Below are positions 28,531 through 38,800 of a stretch of 64,000 nucleotides of DNA, in pieces. Numbering within the stretch: the stretch's first letter is position 1; every line of letters begins with the position of its first letter. A program made the position numbers and the translations under genes. Where the stretch lies: NCBI GenBank assembly GCA_043760135.1, contig JAYUPL010000014.1:25347-89346 (forward strand), read 5' to 3'. This DNA is from Candidatus Parcubacteria bacterium. Lineage in GTDB: Bacteria; Patescibacteriota; Minisyncoccia; Phycocordibacterales; CAIZLB01. Below the pieces are notes generated by a model. That model made no database searches. It had not been told where the DNA came from and worked only from the letters and a program-made list of their open reading frames with translations.

Positions 28531-29028
28531 ATGGAAGGATTACAAACATTAGAGGAAAATAAAATAAGTTCATTAGAAACACTTGCCACAGAGTATTCTG
28601 TCTTAGCTAAGTATTTAGAGTCAAGTGAAAAATTTTATAGTCACAATGGAATACCTTTACCTGAAGCATTGTATGACGAAGAAAATAAAGAGCTTGTTAT
28701 AGAAATGACTGTTCCTGAAACAGCTCAGGCTTGGGAAGGGTTTGCTCATGGTGGATATTTGGCCACTTTATTAGATACTGGTGCTGGTGTAGCAGGTTTT
28801 ATGGAAGCTATAAAAATGGGAAAAGGTATTGTAACAAAAGAAATAAATAATATAACTTACAAAGCGCCAATACCTGTTGGTTCGCTTATTAAAGTTCGAG
28901 GGAAAATTGTTTCAATAGAAGAAAATGTTGTCAATACTGAAGGATATATATCGTTAGTTATTGAAGGTAAAGAGCGAAGACCTTTTGTATATTGTACAGC
29001 AAAAATGGTTATTAAGGATATTGGTTAA
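28531..29028 (+). CDS. PaaI/hotdog-fold thioesterase
   Basis: GFAHGGYLATLLD, ITYKAPIPVG. Confidence 0.85.
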   Translation: MEGLQTLEENKISSLETLATEYSVLAKYLESSEKFYSHNGIPLPEALYDEENKELVIEMTVPETAQAWEGFAHGGYLATLLDTGAGVAGFMEAIKMGKGIVTKEINNITYKAPIPVGSLIKVRGKIVSIEENVVNTEGYISLVIEGKERRPFVYCTAKMVIKDIG

Positions 29029-29098
29029 TATATAAAATGAACCCCACTCAGCTAATGCCTTGTGGGGTTATGTTTTGAACCAGAGTTTGTGACCCGGT

Positions 29099-29560
29099 TC
29101 ATTTCCTGATGACCGCTACGTTCCAGTAGTCGGGATACCAACCTTCATGCAGGTGTCTTTTTTGATAGTTGATTGCTGATCCGCGACGGCTGTATTCAAT
29201 TGAAACGACCCATTTATCAGTACTGAAATAATTCTCAAACATGCTACCGAAGAAGAAGAGAGCGTGACCATCCATGCATACAGGGGGAAGATGTTTGAGA
29301 CTTTCGTCAGCGGGATTTTTTGAAATATAATCAGACATGCAATGATTTAAGGGGATGTATTCTACCTGTTGTTGTAACAAGTTAAACATATCCCCAATAG
29401 TCATGTCCTTTGTTCCAATTTTGATTACTTCGATATGGCGAGGGTCAACCATTCCACAATTTTGAAAGTTTGTAATCGGTTCTTTGTATTTAAACCATTT
29501 ATGTTTCTGAATTTCTTCATATTCAGCTGAGGAACTGCAGTCTACTAATGTGTCAGTCAT
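29099..29560 (-). CDS. Hypothetical protein
   Basis: 153-aa ORF with an upstream TG-C-TATAAT on the minus strand. Confidence 0.55.
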   Translation of the reverse strand: MTDTLVDCSSSAEYEEIQKHKWFKYKEPITNFQNCGMVDPRHIEVIKIGTKDMTIGDMFNLLQQQVEYIPLNHCMSDYISKNPADESLKHLPPVCMDGHALFFFGSMFENYFSTDKWVVSIEYSRRGSAINYQKRHLHEGWYPDYWNVAVIRK

Positions 29561-29838
29561 ATTTTTGTTGAGTTAAATTTTCATCCACTACCCACACAGG
29601 TATAGGTAATTATTATTTAATTATAGCATATTTACCTATAAAAAGCAAGTTCATAATCGTTCATACCTCCCCGAGGTCGGGGTTCTTTTTCATCCCTAAA
29701 AGACACTCAAAACCCCCTAGAAATCCCCATCAATCCATGCTATAGTTCATGGACAAGTTTTGATTTTTTCGCACAAACTCGCGAGCATCAACACATTTAA
29801 CAAAAAATAAAACAAATATAAAAACAACACACAATTTT

Positions 29839-31983
29839 ATGCAACGTGATTATCCATTAGAAAAAACAAGAAACTTCGGTATTATCGCCCACATCGACGC
29901 CGGTAAAACAACAACATCAGAGCGTATCCTGTACTACACAGGTATGTCCCACAAGATCGGAGAGGTTCACGAAGGTGAAGCAGTAACTGACTGGATGGAG
30001 CAAGAGAAAGAAAGAGGTATTACGATCACTGCCGCTGCGATCACTTGTTTCTGGAATCCTTCTTACATGGGTACTGATAAGTCACAAATGCATAGATTTA
30101 ATATCATCGACACACCGGGTCACGTAGACTTTACGGTGGAGGTGGAGAGATCTCTAAAAGTTCTTGATGGTGCCGTTACTGTGTTTGACGGTGTTGCTGG
30201 AGTAGAGCCGCAATCAGAAACTGTATGGAGACAAGCTGATAAATATAACGTGCCTCGTATTTGTTTTATTAACAAACTAGATAGAACTGGTGGATCATTT
30301 GAAAAATCATTCAAATCAATCACAGAAAGACTTACTAAACATGCTGTTCGTATGCAAATCCCAATGGGAGAGGAAGAAAGAATGGTTGGTGTGATCGATC
30401 TTATGAAGATGAAATCATATACATTCGAAGGAGATATGGGAAGTAAGGTGATAGAAGCTGAAATCCCTGCTGAATACATGGCTGATGCTACAAAATTCAG
30501 AGCTGAGCTTGTTGAAGCTGCTGCATCACAAGATGATGATATGATGAACACATATCTTGAAGGTGGTGAATTTACTATTGAGCAATTAAAAGCTGCTATT
30601 AGAAAAGGAACATTGGCTAACAAACTTTTCCCAGTATTTACAGGAACAGCTTTGAAAAATAAAGGAGTACAGCTTGTACTTGATGCTGTTGTAGAATACC
30701 TACCATCTCCACTTGATATTCCACCAGTAAAAGGACTTGATCCTGAAACTGGAGAAGAGATTGTAAGAGAGGCTTCTGATACAGAACCTTTTGCTGCTCT
30801 TGCCTTCAAACTACAAACTGATCCATTCGTAGGACAACTTACATTCTTTAGAGTGTACTCAGGAACTATTGAAGCTGGTTCATATATCTATAACTCAACA
30901 ACTGGAAATAAAGAAAGACTAGGACGTATTGTTAGACTACAAGCAAATAAAAGAGAAGAGGTTACAAAAGTATATGCTGGAGAAATTGCTGCAGCTGTAG
31001 GTTTGAAAGAAGCTCTTACTTCACATACTTTCTGTGATGAAGCACATCCAATCGTACTTGACCCGATTACTTTTGCTGAGCCTGTTGTATCTCTATCAAT
31101 TGAACCAAAAACAAAAGCTGACCAAGAAAAAATGGGTCTCGCACTTAGAAAACTTGGTAATGAAGATCCAACTTTCCGTATTACTTCAAATGCAGAAACA
31201 GGTCAAACACTTATCGCTGGTATGGGTGAACTTCACTTAGAGATTATGATCGACCGTATGAAGAGAGAATTCAACGTTGAAGCAAATGTAGGTGCACCTC
31301 AAGTGGCATACAGAGAAACTATTACTGCCGAAGTAAAAGATGTTGATTATAAATACGCTAAGCAATCAGGAGGTAAGGGTCAATACGGACACGTACGTAT
31401 TACACTTAAACCACTTGAAGAATTACCAGAAGGAACTAAACTTGCTAAAAATGTTCACCGAGAGCCTGGATATGAGTTTATTGACTCTATCAAAGGAGGT
31501 ATTATTCCTGGAGAATTTATTCCTGCAGTACAAAAAGGTGTTCGTGAGGCTATGGAGCGTGGTATTGTTGCAGGGTTCCCACTTACTGGAGTGTCTTGTG
31601 AACTTACTTTCGGATCATCTCATGACGTGGACTCATCAGAAATCGCCTACAAGATTGCTGCATCACAGGCCTTCCAAGAAGGTGCAAGAAGAGCAAAACC
31701 AGTTATCATGGAACCTATCATGCGTATCGAGGTTGTTGTTCCTGAGAAATTCATGGGTGACGTTACAGGATCATTATCATCAAAAAGAGGACAGATCGAG
31801 GGTATGGAAGATCGAGGTTTAAACAAGGCTATCAAAGCTCTTGTGCCACTTTCAGAGCTATTTGGATACACTACACAACTACGTTCTATGACAGAAGGTC
31901 GTGGATCAAGTACTATGGAATTTGCTAAATATGAAGCGGTACCACCAAACGTAGAAAAACTAATAGTTGACGCGAGAAAATAA
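29839..31983 (+). CDS. fusA: Elongation factor G
   Basis: AHIDAGKTT, DTPGHVDF, NKLD, GMGELHLE. Confidence 0.99.
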   Translation: MQRDYPLEKTRNFGIIAHIDAGKTTTSERILYYTGMSHKIGEVHEGEAVTDWMEQEKERGITITAAAITCFWNPSYMGTDKSQMHRFNIIDTPGHVDFTVEVERSLKVLDGAVTVFDGVAGVEPQSETVWRQADKYNVPRICFINKLDRTGGSFEKSFKSITERLTKHAVRMQIPMGEEERMVGVIDLMKMKSYTFEGDMGSKVIEAEIPAEYMADATKFRAELVEAAASQDDDMMNTYLEGGEFTIEQLKAAIRKGTLANKLFPVFTGTALKNKGVQLVLDAVVEYLPSPLDIPPVKGLDPETGEEIVREASDTEPFAALAFKLQTDPFVGQLTFFRVYSGTIEAGSYIYNSTTGNKERLGRIVRLQANKREEVTKVYAGEIAAAVGLKEALTSHTFCDEAHPIVLDPITFAEPVVSLSIEPKTKADQEKMGLALRKLGNEDPTFRITSNAETGQTLIAGMGELHLEIMIDRMKREFNVEANVGAPQVAYRETITAEVKDVDYKYAKQSGGKGQYGHVRITLKPLEELPEGTKLAKNVHREPGYEFIDSIKGGIIPGEFIPAVQKGVREAMERGIVAGFPLTGVSCELTFGSSHDVDSSEIAYKIAASQAFQEGARRAKPVIMEPIMRIEVVVPEKFMGDVTGSLSSKRGQIEGMEDRGLNKAIKALVPLSELFGYTTQLRSMTEGRGSSTMEFAKYEAVPPNVEKLIVDARK

Positions 31984-32005
31984 TTAATATACTATACAAA
32001 ACAAT

Positions 32006-32275
32006 ATGCCAATAACACAATCAGCCAAAAAAGCTCTTAGAGCAGGAGAAAAAAAGAAAGTTTTTAACTTGAGACGTAAGAAAAAAGTTGAAGATGCAGT
32101 TAAATCTGTTAAACGCCTTGTAAAAGAGGGTAAAACTAAAGAAGCTAATGCTTTATTGCCAGAAGCATACTCTGCGTTAGACAAAGCAGCTAAAGGTAAT
32201 ACTATCAAAGCCAATACAGCAGCGAGAAAGAAATCAAGACTTAATGCTATGGTGAAGAAGGCTACGCTGAAGTAA
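32006..32275 (+). CDS. rpsT: 30S ribosomal protein bS20
   Basis: MPITQSAKKALR, LDKAAK, NTAARKKSRL. Confidence 0.96.
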   Translation: MPITQSAKKALRAGEKKKVFNLRRKKKVEDAVKSVKRLVKEGKTKEANALLPEAYSALDKAAKGNTIKANTAARKKSRLNAMVKKATLK

Positions 32276-32294
32276 TATTCTAAACCTAAACAAT

Positions 32295-32331
32295 AAAAAT
32301 ACACATCCTGGTTGGGGATGTGTATTTTTTT
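32295..32331. terminator. Bidirectional terminator
   Basis: AAAAATACACATCC/GGATGTGTATTTTT between convergent genes. Confidence 0.75.
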
Positions 32332-32341
32332 GAGAAGGTTT

Positions 32342-32938
32342 TTACTTCCCAACAAAGTTTCCCGCTGCTGTCATAATAGTATCCTTGATCTCAAGTGGTT
32401 TAGGGACATCATCAAATAAGAACCTTTGTGTAGCTCCAGCTGTCTGTATTTCCACATCTCCAAAGTTTAAGTATGACTGAACAAAACCATCAGTATGTAC
32501 CGAAGTATCTTCAATAGATGTTAAATGTAACTCAGAAACTTTTCTTCTAAAAAGTGCGAGTTGAGATATGTCCAATATTCTCTCGTCTGTAACTATCCAA
32601 CTATCAAGTGCGTACATTGTTAGTTTATAAAAAACATAAAACCATATTGTCATAAGATATATAACCCAGGTTAAAGTAAAGATTGAAGAAAGATTGTATT
32701 GTATAAGTATTTTCGCACCTAAAACTACAAGTAGAAGTGGTAGTATGCTTGCAAAAAGTCCAATTACAATGGTACTTAGAAGCACAAACCAATGACGTCT
32801 TGTAAAAACTAGTATTTTTTCATTTGGTTTTTTACCATCAAAATTCATCTCTGAGTGAGATAGAAAATCAAATAAATTTCTACTTTGTGTTTTTATTTCA
32901 ACATTAGCTATGTCGATAGTTTCTTTTATTATATTCAT
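32342..32938 (-). CDS. bPH_2 (PH domain) membrane protein
   Basis: RRHWF, two TMs, WIVTDERI, FGDVEIQTAG. Confidence 0.85.
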   Translation of the reverse strand: MNIIKETIDIANVEIKTQSRNLFDFLSHSEMNFDGKKPNEKILVFTRRHWFVLLSTIVIGLFASILPLLLVVLGAKILIQYNLSSIFTLTWVIYLMTIWFYVFYKLTMYALDSWIVTDERILDISQLALFRRKVSELHLTSIEDTSVHTDGFVQSYLNFGDVEIQTAGATQRFLFDDVPKPLEIKDTIMTAAGNFVGK

Positions 32939-32942
32939 AGTT

Positions 32943-33140
32943 TTATCTTATTGCTATAAGGAGCATTATACTTAATATGGTTAAAAAAACTGATCCAAAT
33001 ATCATTATAAAAGCAATCCGCCGAGGATATGTTCCAATTCCAAAACGTATTAAGTGATAGGAGAGAAGGAATATTCCGGTCCAGTAACCGAATAGAAATA
33101 ATCCGGTTATTATTGCAATAGAGTTGGATAGGGTGGGCAT
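32943..33140 (-). CDS. Small two-TM protein
   Basis: YHLIRFG motif; TG-A-TATAAT 6 nt before the ATG. Confidence 0.6.
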   Translation of the reverse strand: MPTLSNSIAIITGLFLFGYWTGIFLLSYHLIRFGIGTYPRRIAFIMIFGSVFLTILSIMLLIAIR

Positions 33141-33246
33141 GTTTGGATTATATCATATTTGGAATAAAAATAGCCCTAAGCGTGTTTATTGACAACTCTA
33201 TATTTATTGATACTATTACCCTGTAAACCTTAAACCCCAAACTACC

Positions 33247-33843
33247 ATGGCCACAAAAGATATTGTCTGGATGTCTATTATCCTCCTTGTTATCATTATT
33301 ACTTCGGTTATTTCCTGGAAGGAAAAGAATAATGCTCGAAATTTTGTTTTGAACTCTAAAACCGCCCTGGAGGATTTACTTAACCAGGCAGAAGACTTAC
33401 TTGATAAAAATCCTGAAGTTGCACCTCCATTTTTCGATGATTTTCATGAGATGTGGTGCGATCTTATAAATTTATTCCAAGGTGTCGATGAGAACACCTT
33501 TGATATTTGTTGGGTCACGAAGCAGAAAGAGGTGTTGATATTTAAACACTCGATAACTGCCAAGGTCGTCGAAATCAAAGAAGACATTCAGATAGTAATC
33601 GACGCAAAGTTCCATGTGCCTTTGTTGTTAGAGCTACTGCCTCCATTGCTTTCAGAAGTTCGTAAAAAGATTTCTGAAGGAAAACTTTCCGAGGACAAAG
33701 CGAAGCCTTATCTTGATCGAGCACACGGTTGGTTTTCTGAAGCGTGTGCAGTGATGCGTCAAAGTCAGGATCATTCATTGATATGGGGTATGCTCAGAAG
33801 CGCAAACGAAGAACTTGGTTTGGCTGATTCTTTCGAGGTGTAA
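33247..33843 (+). CDS. Hypothetical helical protein with N-terminal TM
   Basis: Upstream TTGACA(33189)-16 nt-TACTAT; downstream hairpin. Confidence 0.6.
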   Translation: MATKDIVWMSIILLVIIITSVISWKEKNNARNFVLNSKTALEDLLNQAEDLLDKNPEVAPPFFDDFHEMWCDLINLFQGVDENTFDICWVTKQKEVLIFKHSITAKVVEIKEDIQIVIDAKFHVPLLLELLPPLLSEVRKKISEGKLSEDKAKPYLDRAHGWFSEACAVMRQSQDHSLIWGMLRSANEELGLADSFEV

Positions 33844-33907
33844 ACCTTTTCAAAGCTCTCGATGATCCTAGTGGTTGTCGAGAGTAATTTTTTGTTATAC
33901 TAATATA

Positions 33908-34408
33908 ATGAATAAAAAATTTGATACATTAAAAATAACCTTTGCTATTTTAGTGTCAATATATTTTTTCTACTATGCATCAACTTCAACTGAGTGGCAC
34001 TTTATTGATAGTATTAATCTTATCTTTCATGAAGCGGGACATACCCTTACTTTTTTCTTTGGACAATTTATTAGTATTGCTAGTGGATCTTTATTTCAAA
34101 TCTTGATTCCTGTTGTGTGTTGTTTGTATTTCTACAAAGAACAACAATATTATTCTACATCCTTACTATTATTTTGGGTTGGTCAAAATCTTATTAACGT
34201 ATCAGTGTACGTTGGAGATTCTATAAATATGCAGTTACCATTATTGGGAGGGGAAAGTGCAATTCATGATTGGAATTATTTATTATCAGAGATGGGTATT
34301 TTGAAATATGCACCTGGCGTGGCGGATATGATTTATTTAAGTGGAGTTTTGGTGATGGTGATGGGGTTGTATTATTCTATTACATTTTCAAAAAACTATA
34401 AAAAATAA
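33908..34408 (+). CDS. Membrane protein with HExxH motif (M50-like metallopeptidase)
   Basis: IFHEAGH, GSLFQ, HDWN; start placed 6 nt after TATACT. Confidence 0.75.
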   Translation: MNKKFDTLKITFAILVSIYFFYYASTSTEWHFIDSINLIFHEAGHTLTFFFGQFISIASGSLFQILIPVVCCLYFYKEQQYYSTSLLLFWVGQNLINVSVYVGDSINMQLPLLGGESAIHDWNYLLSEMGILKYAPGVADMIYLSGVLVMVMGLYYSITFSKNYKK

Positions 34409-34428
34409 TTTTATATATAATACCCAAA

Positions 34429-35070
34429 CTATTTTCTAGATTCTTTAATCTTAAAAACAATGTTTTTAGCGTTGCTCAGTATTGAACTTGCGAATCGTGT
34501 CAAATCGGCTGGTCCGGAGTCAGAACTATTAAATCCTTTGTATGATCCATCCAACATATAAATAGTGCTATCAATACTACTATCGTTATTACGATCTCCG
34601 TTCTTTAATACCGGTCCAACATTTTTAAGTAAGGGGTATAACTCATTAACTTTTAATTTTAATTTGTTGGTTACTTCTGCTCTAATTGCTGGAGATGTGG
34701 CTCTATCTACTCTAAAACCAAATCCTTTAACTTCAGTTTCGAATTCGTCTATCATACCAAGAATTTTTTCAGAATCTGATTCAAAAGATTCTGTAGATTC
34801 ATTTACGGTACCAAGTTGGTTCTTTAATTCTATAATTCTATTTTGATCGTTTAATGCAGCTTCGCTATTAGAAATAGTTTTTTCAGTTGAAACGGGTATA
34901 TTATTACTTGTTTGATTTACCTCTTGTCTTGAACGTAATTCTTTTTCAACAGATTCCCTTATATCTGTTGGTAGAGAGTCAAGGAAGGCATTAATTTTAT
35001 CCAGCGAATCTTTTACTTTGGTTTCATGATCTGTGTTAACTTCAAATTGGTTTGGTTTTATGTCTTCCAT
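34429..35070 (-). CDS. Hypothetical protein
   Basis: 213-aa hydrophilic ORF; TATAAT 7 nt before the ATG. Confidence 0.65.
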   Translation of the reverse strand: MEDIKPNQFEVNTDHETKVKDSLDKINAFLDSLPTDIRESVEKELRSRQEVNQTSNNIPVSTEKTISNSEAALNDQNRIIELKNQLGTVNESTESFESDSEKILGMIDEFETEVKGFGFRVDRATSPAIRAEVTNKLKLKVNELYPLLKNVGPVLKNGDRNNDSSIDSTIYMLDGSYKGFNSSDSGPADLTRFASSILSNAKNIVFKIKESRK

Positions 35071-35129
35071 GAGTGATATTATATATTAATTAGAAATACT
35101 GCGCTATTACATAACCTTGTGATTATATA

Positions 35130-35155
35130 GAAAAACGCCCACATGGGCGTTTTTC
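35130..35155 (-). terminator. Terminator downstream of the tRNA-Arg(GCG) unit
   Basis: GAAAAACGCCCA/TGGGCGTTTTTC. Confidence 0.7.
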
Positions 35156-35158
35156 TTA

Positions 35159-35260
35159 CTGTGCTCCTGTTAGGAATCGACCTCTACGAGGTCAGTATAC
35201 CTTTGTGGTTTTCTCGGACCAAAGGTCCTCAAAAACATCACAAAGCTTTTCGATTCCTAA
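35159..35260 (-). repeat. tRNA-Arg 3'-end duplication plus inverted T-arm copy
   Basis: 35159-35180 matches 35301-35322 (21/22); 35249-35260 is an inverted copy of the tRNA T-arm. Confidence 0.85.
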
Positions 35261-35303
35261 AAACCCTTCGGATTTTTTAACTCGAACATATCGTAACAAT
35301 CTG

Positions 35304-35375
35304 TGCTCCCGTTAGGAATCGAACCTAAATTTACAGTTCCGCAAACTATTGTCCTATCCATTGAACGACGAGAGC
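35304..35375 (-). tRNA. tRNA-Arg(GCG)
   Basis: GCTCTCG acceptor, ATAGT-TTGCGGA-ACTGT anticodon arm, TTAGG-TTCGATT-CCTAA T-arm. Confidence 0.93.
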
Positions 35376-35401
35376 ATTTAGACAATATACCTCAAATTGC
35401 T

Positions 35402-35884
35402 CTAAAAACCAAGATACTCTAACGCTTTTTGAAAGATTGACTCACTAATCCTTTCCTCAGGTAAGATTTTCACCAATTCCTCATGAATATCGTGGATTCT
35501 GTCATTTGTGGTATCTAAGGGTAAGGTTAAAACAAGCAGGGAATCCAATACACCATTGGTAGCAAACAATATTCTTGAATGTATGTGGTGCTCCCGATTA
35601 TCTTCTATCCAAAATGAGCGTATGTCAGTAAATGACCAAAATTCTTGATTTACCCGAACACCTTTAGTATTTATTTCAAAACGAAGGATACGAGGCTCTT
35701 GAAAAGCGTGTATCAACAGCACTCCTGTGGCAACCAAAACAAGAACTCCGAAAGTTATATTCGAAAACATGAAAGAAATCAAGGTTATAGTTATAGAGAT
35801 TATTGCTACTGACCATTTCCAATCCTTATCTTTTGGGAAATACAGGTGATTGTACTCTTCCCATACCATTGGTAGTTTACTCAT
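35402..35884 (-). CDS. Conserved membrane protein (DUF5673-like)
   Basis: WEEY..KDKDW, two TMs, FEINTKGVRV, RSFWIE. Confidence 0.7.
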   Translation of the reverse strand: MSKLPMVWEEYNHLYFPKDKDWKWSVAIISITITLISFMFSNITFGVLVLVATGVLLIHAFQEPRILRFEINTKGVRVNQEFWSFTDIRSFWIEDNREHHIHSRILFATNGVLDSLLVLTLPLDTTNDRIHDIHEELVKILPEERISESIFQKALEYLGF

Positions 35885-35898
35885 GATATTATTATACT

Positions 35899-38800
35899 AT
35901 GTTTACATTTATAATTACAGTATTTATTATTTTATACCTATTCAAAATAAATTCTCGCATCACTGATCTAGAAAATAAATTTAAAAACCCAAATCTCAAT
36001 CAAAATCTCGCGCCTGTACCAGCACCAGTGATACCAAATATGGTTGCGCCTGTACCTCAGCATGAGATACAAATACCAGCACCTGTTGTATCTCATCAAG
36101 ATAACTTTGCAACAAATTTGGCAAAATTTGGTATTGCAATTCTTGTGCTCGGCGTATTGTTTTTCTTAAACTACCTTGATAAACAAGGATTAATTGGTCC
36201 TGTGTTTAAATACGTTGCTGGATTATCTTTCGGTACTGTACTTCTAGGTGTTGGAGAATACTTGAGAAGTAGAAGTAAGGCCTATGTAAATATTCTTCGT
36301 GGTGCTGCATTTGTTATTTTCTACCTTACTTTATTTATTGGATACTTTGTATTTAAAATAGTTGCCTTGCCATTAACGTTAGGTTTAATAATCGCAGTCT
36401 TGGCGGTATCAATTATTATTTCATTACGTGAAAATGATGAGTTACCATTTACTATTGGAGCGCTGGGAGCATATCTGGTTTCTTTTTTAGTTAATTTAAA
36501 TTTTGGAGGATTGAGTGAGGAAAATGTAATCGGAATCTTATCATATCTATGTATATTAAATATTGCAGTGTTGGTTGTTTCATTTAGAAAACAATGGATA
36601 AATGGTGCGGTGATTGGATTTATATTTACCTGGTGTATCTTTGGATCAACGTTATCAGCCGATATTGGTAAAGGGTTGTTATTTGCATTCTCTACAATAT
36701 ACGGACTTCAATATATGATCGTGTTCTTGCTGCAAGATTTTAAAAAGGATAAAATCACCCACAATACCGTATTTTTAACCGTTATGAATACAATTGTGTA
36801 TTTGATGGTATTTTACAAATTGGTAGATAAAACATTCTGGTTTGACTATGTTGGGTTTTTGGTAGCTCTACTTGGAATATTCCACTTTATGGTGTATATG
36901 ATGCTTCGGGTTGTGAATAAAACATCAGATGGTGTTATCACACTTACACACTTTGTTATTTCTATTTTACTTATTACTGTTGCAATACCATTACAATTTG
37001 ACGGACCTTTGGTAACAATGATCTGGTTCTTTGAAGGTGTGGTATTGTCATTCCTATCTGTATTGCCAGACTTTAAAAATAAACCCATTATGTATGTTCT
37101 TGGTTTTGGATCTATTATTGCTGGTATTGCTCATATGATTATGTTTGGTGATTACAAGACGGTGTTAGAAACAGGTCAGATACTATTAAATCAATCATAT
37201 ATTGTATGGTTTGGAGTATTTGCCTTGATCAATCTTGTTGCCTATATCTGGTACAACACAGTGCAAGATTCACAAGATGTAAAATTCAAAACCGATATTG
37301 CTAAAGCTGCCTTCGCTTTGATCTTGGTTGGACAGGTGCTATTTGTCGCATTGACTTCTTTTGAAATAAATAATTATGGAAGATATAGGATAGATGTTGT
37401 AAACAAAGAGATTAACCAACAAGTACAATTAGATAGAAAATTATCTCCAGATAATTATGGATATGATACTACAAAATATGAAACAGAATATGCAGAAATA
37501 TCTTCTATTGCAAAACAAACCACATTTATGCAAATAGTATTATTTATTCTTATGACAATAATATATTTTGTAATCGGTTTGGTGAAGAAAAACAAAGTTG
37601 TGAGAAATATGGGTATTGTAACTTTGGTGATTACATCGGTATTACTTGTTACTCTAACTTGGGAACTTGGAGCGGTATATAGAATTATCACATTTGTTGG
37701 TTTTGGTATCTTACTACTTATTGTTTCATATTTGTATATTTCTAAAAACAAGAGGATGGATATGCCACAGGCACTGATGTTGTTGTTGATGATCGGATTA
37801 TTTGCAACGACAGTTGATGCAAAAGTAATAGATATAAAAAATTGGACCTCGGTTGCAACTCTAGGTCACTCACAGATCTCCGTGGGCAGTAGTACTGCGA
37901 TCAATAATCAAAATCTCTATGTGTTGCCAATTAATAAAGATGTTATAAATTTATCAAAAAAAAATTATCTGAGTGATATACGTATAATAGATAAGGCTCA
38001 TAATGAAATACCGTATATCTTGGTAAAATCAAATCAAAACACTCAAGACCTAAGAGAAAATAAAACTGATGTAAAGATTTTGGAAAATGGTGTGAGTCGT
38101 GATGGAAAAAGAATGTTGGTTATAGATACAACAAGAGAGGGGGTATTATATAATAACCTATATCTATCTCGTGATTTTAAATCACAAAACTTTAGAAAGA
38201 AAGTAAAAGTATATATCTCAGATAGTTTTTTAACCGTTAACAGTACATCGTGGATAGAGTTTGAACAAAGAAATGTAATATATAATTATACTGATGTAAA
38301 TAATTTTATAGTTGAAAACTTAGATATAAATTTAGCTGGTGTATCTTCACGATATCTAAAAATAGAATTAGCTGATGATACAGAGTTTGATAAAAATATA
38401 AAAGTTAATAATCAAATCTCTATTATAGGGGCACAAGTTGAATATTTGAAAACAGAAGACAAAAATATTGGTTATAAAGTAAAAGATTATCTAGGTGGTA
38501 ACTTTATTTTTGATAATGTATCAATTTACAAAGATGTGAAAGTTTTGGATAAGACGGAAAAAGAAGACAGGTCAGAAATAATATATGAAGGTGATATAGA
38601 TGTTGTAGAGTTAACTATTCGAGTTGATGAAAGTGAAAAAAACTTTAATAGGAATGTGGTCATTCAAGGATCGAATGATGATATTAATTGGCCAACACTG
38701 GGAAACACTAATGTATACCGCATAGACTCACCAACGTATAAAGGTGAAAAACTGAACATTATAATACCTCCATCTACCTATAAAAAATTCAAAGTAATTA

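Noticed and set aside
30120-30809. 229-aa antisense ORF, and many similar shadow ORFs on core genes
   Set aside because: Lies entirely opposite fusA; explained by codon bias, no motifs
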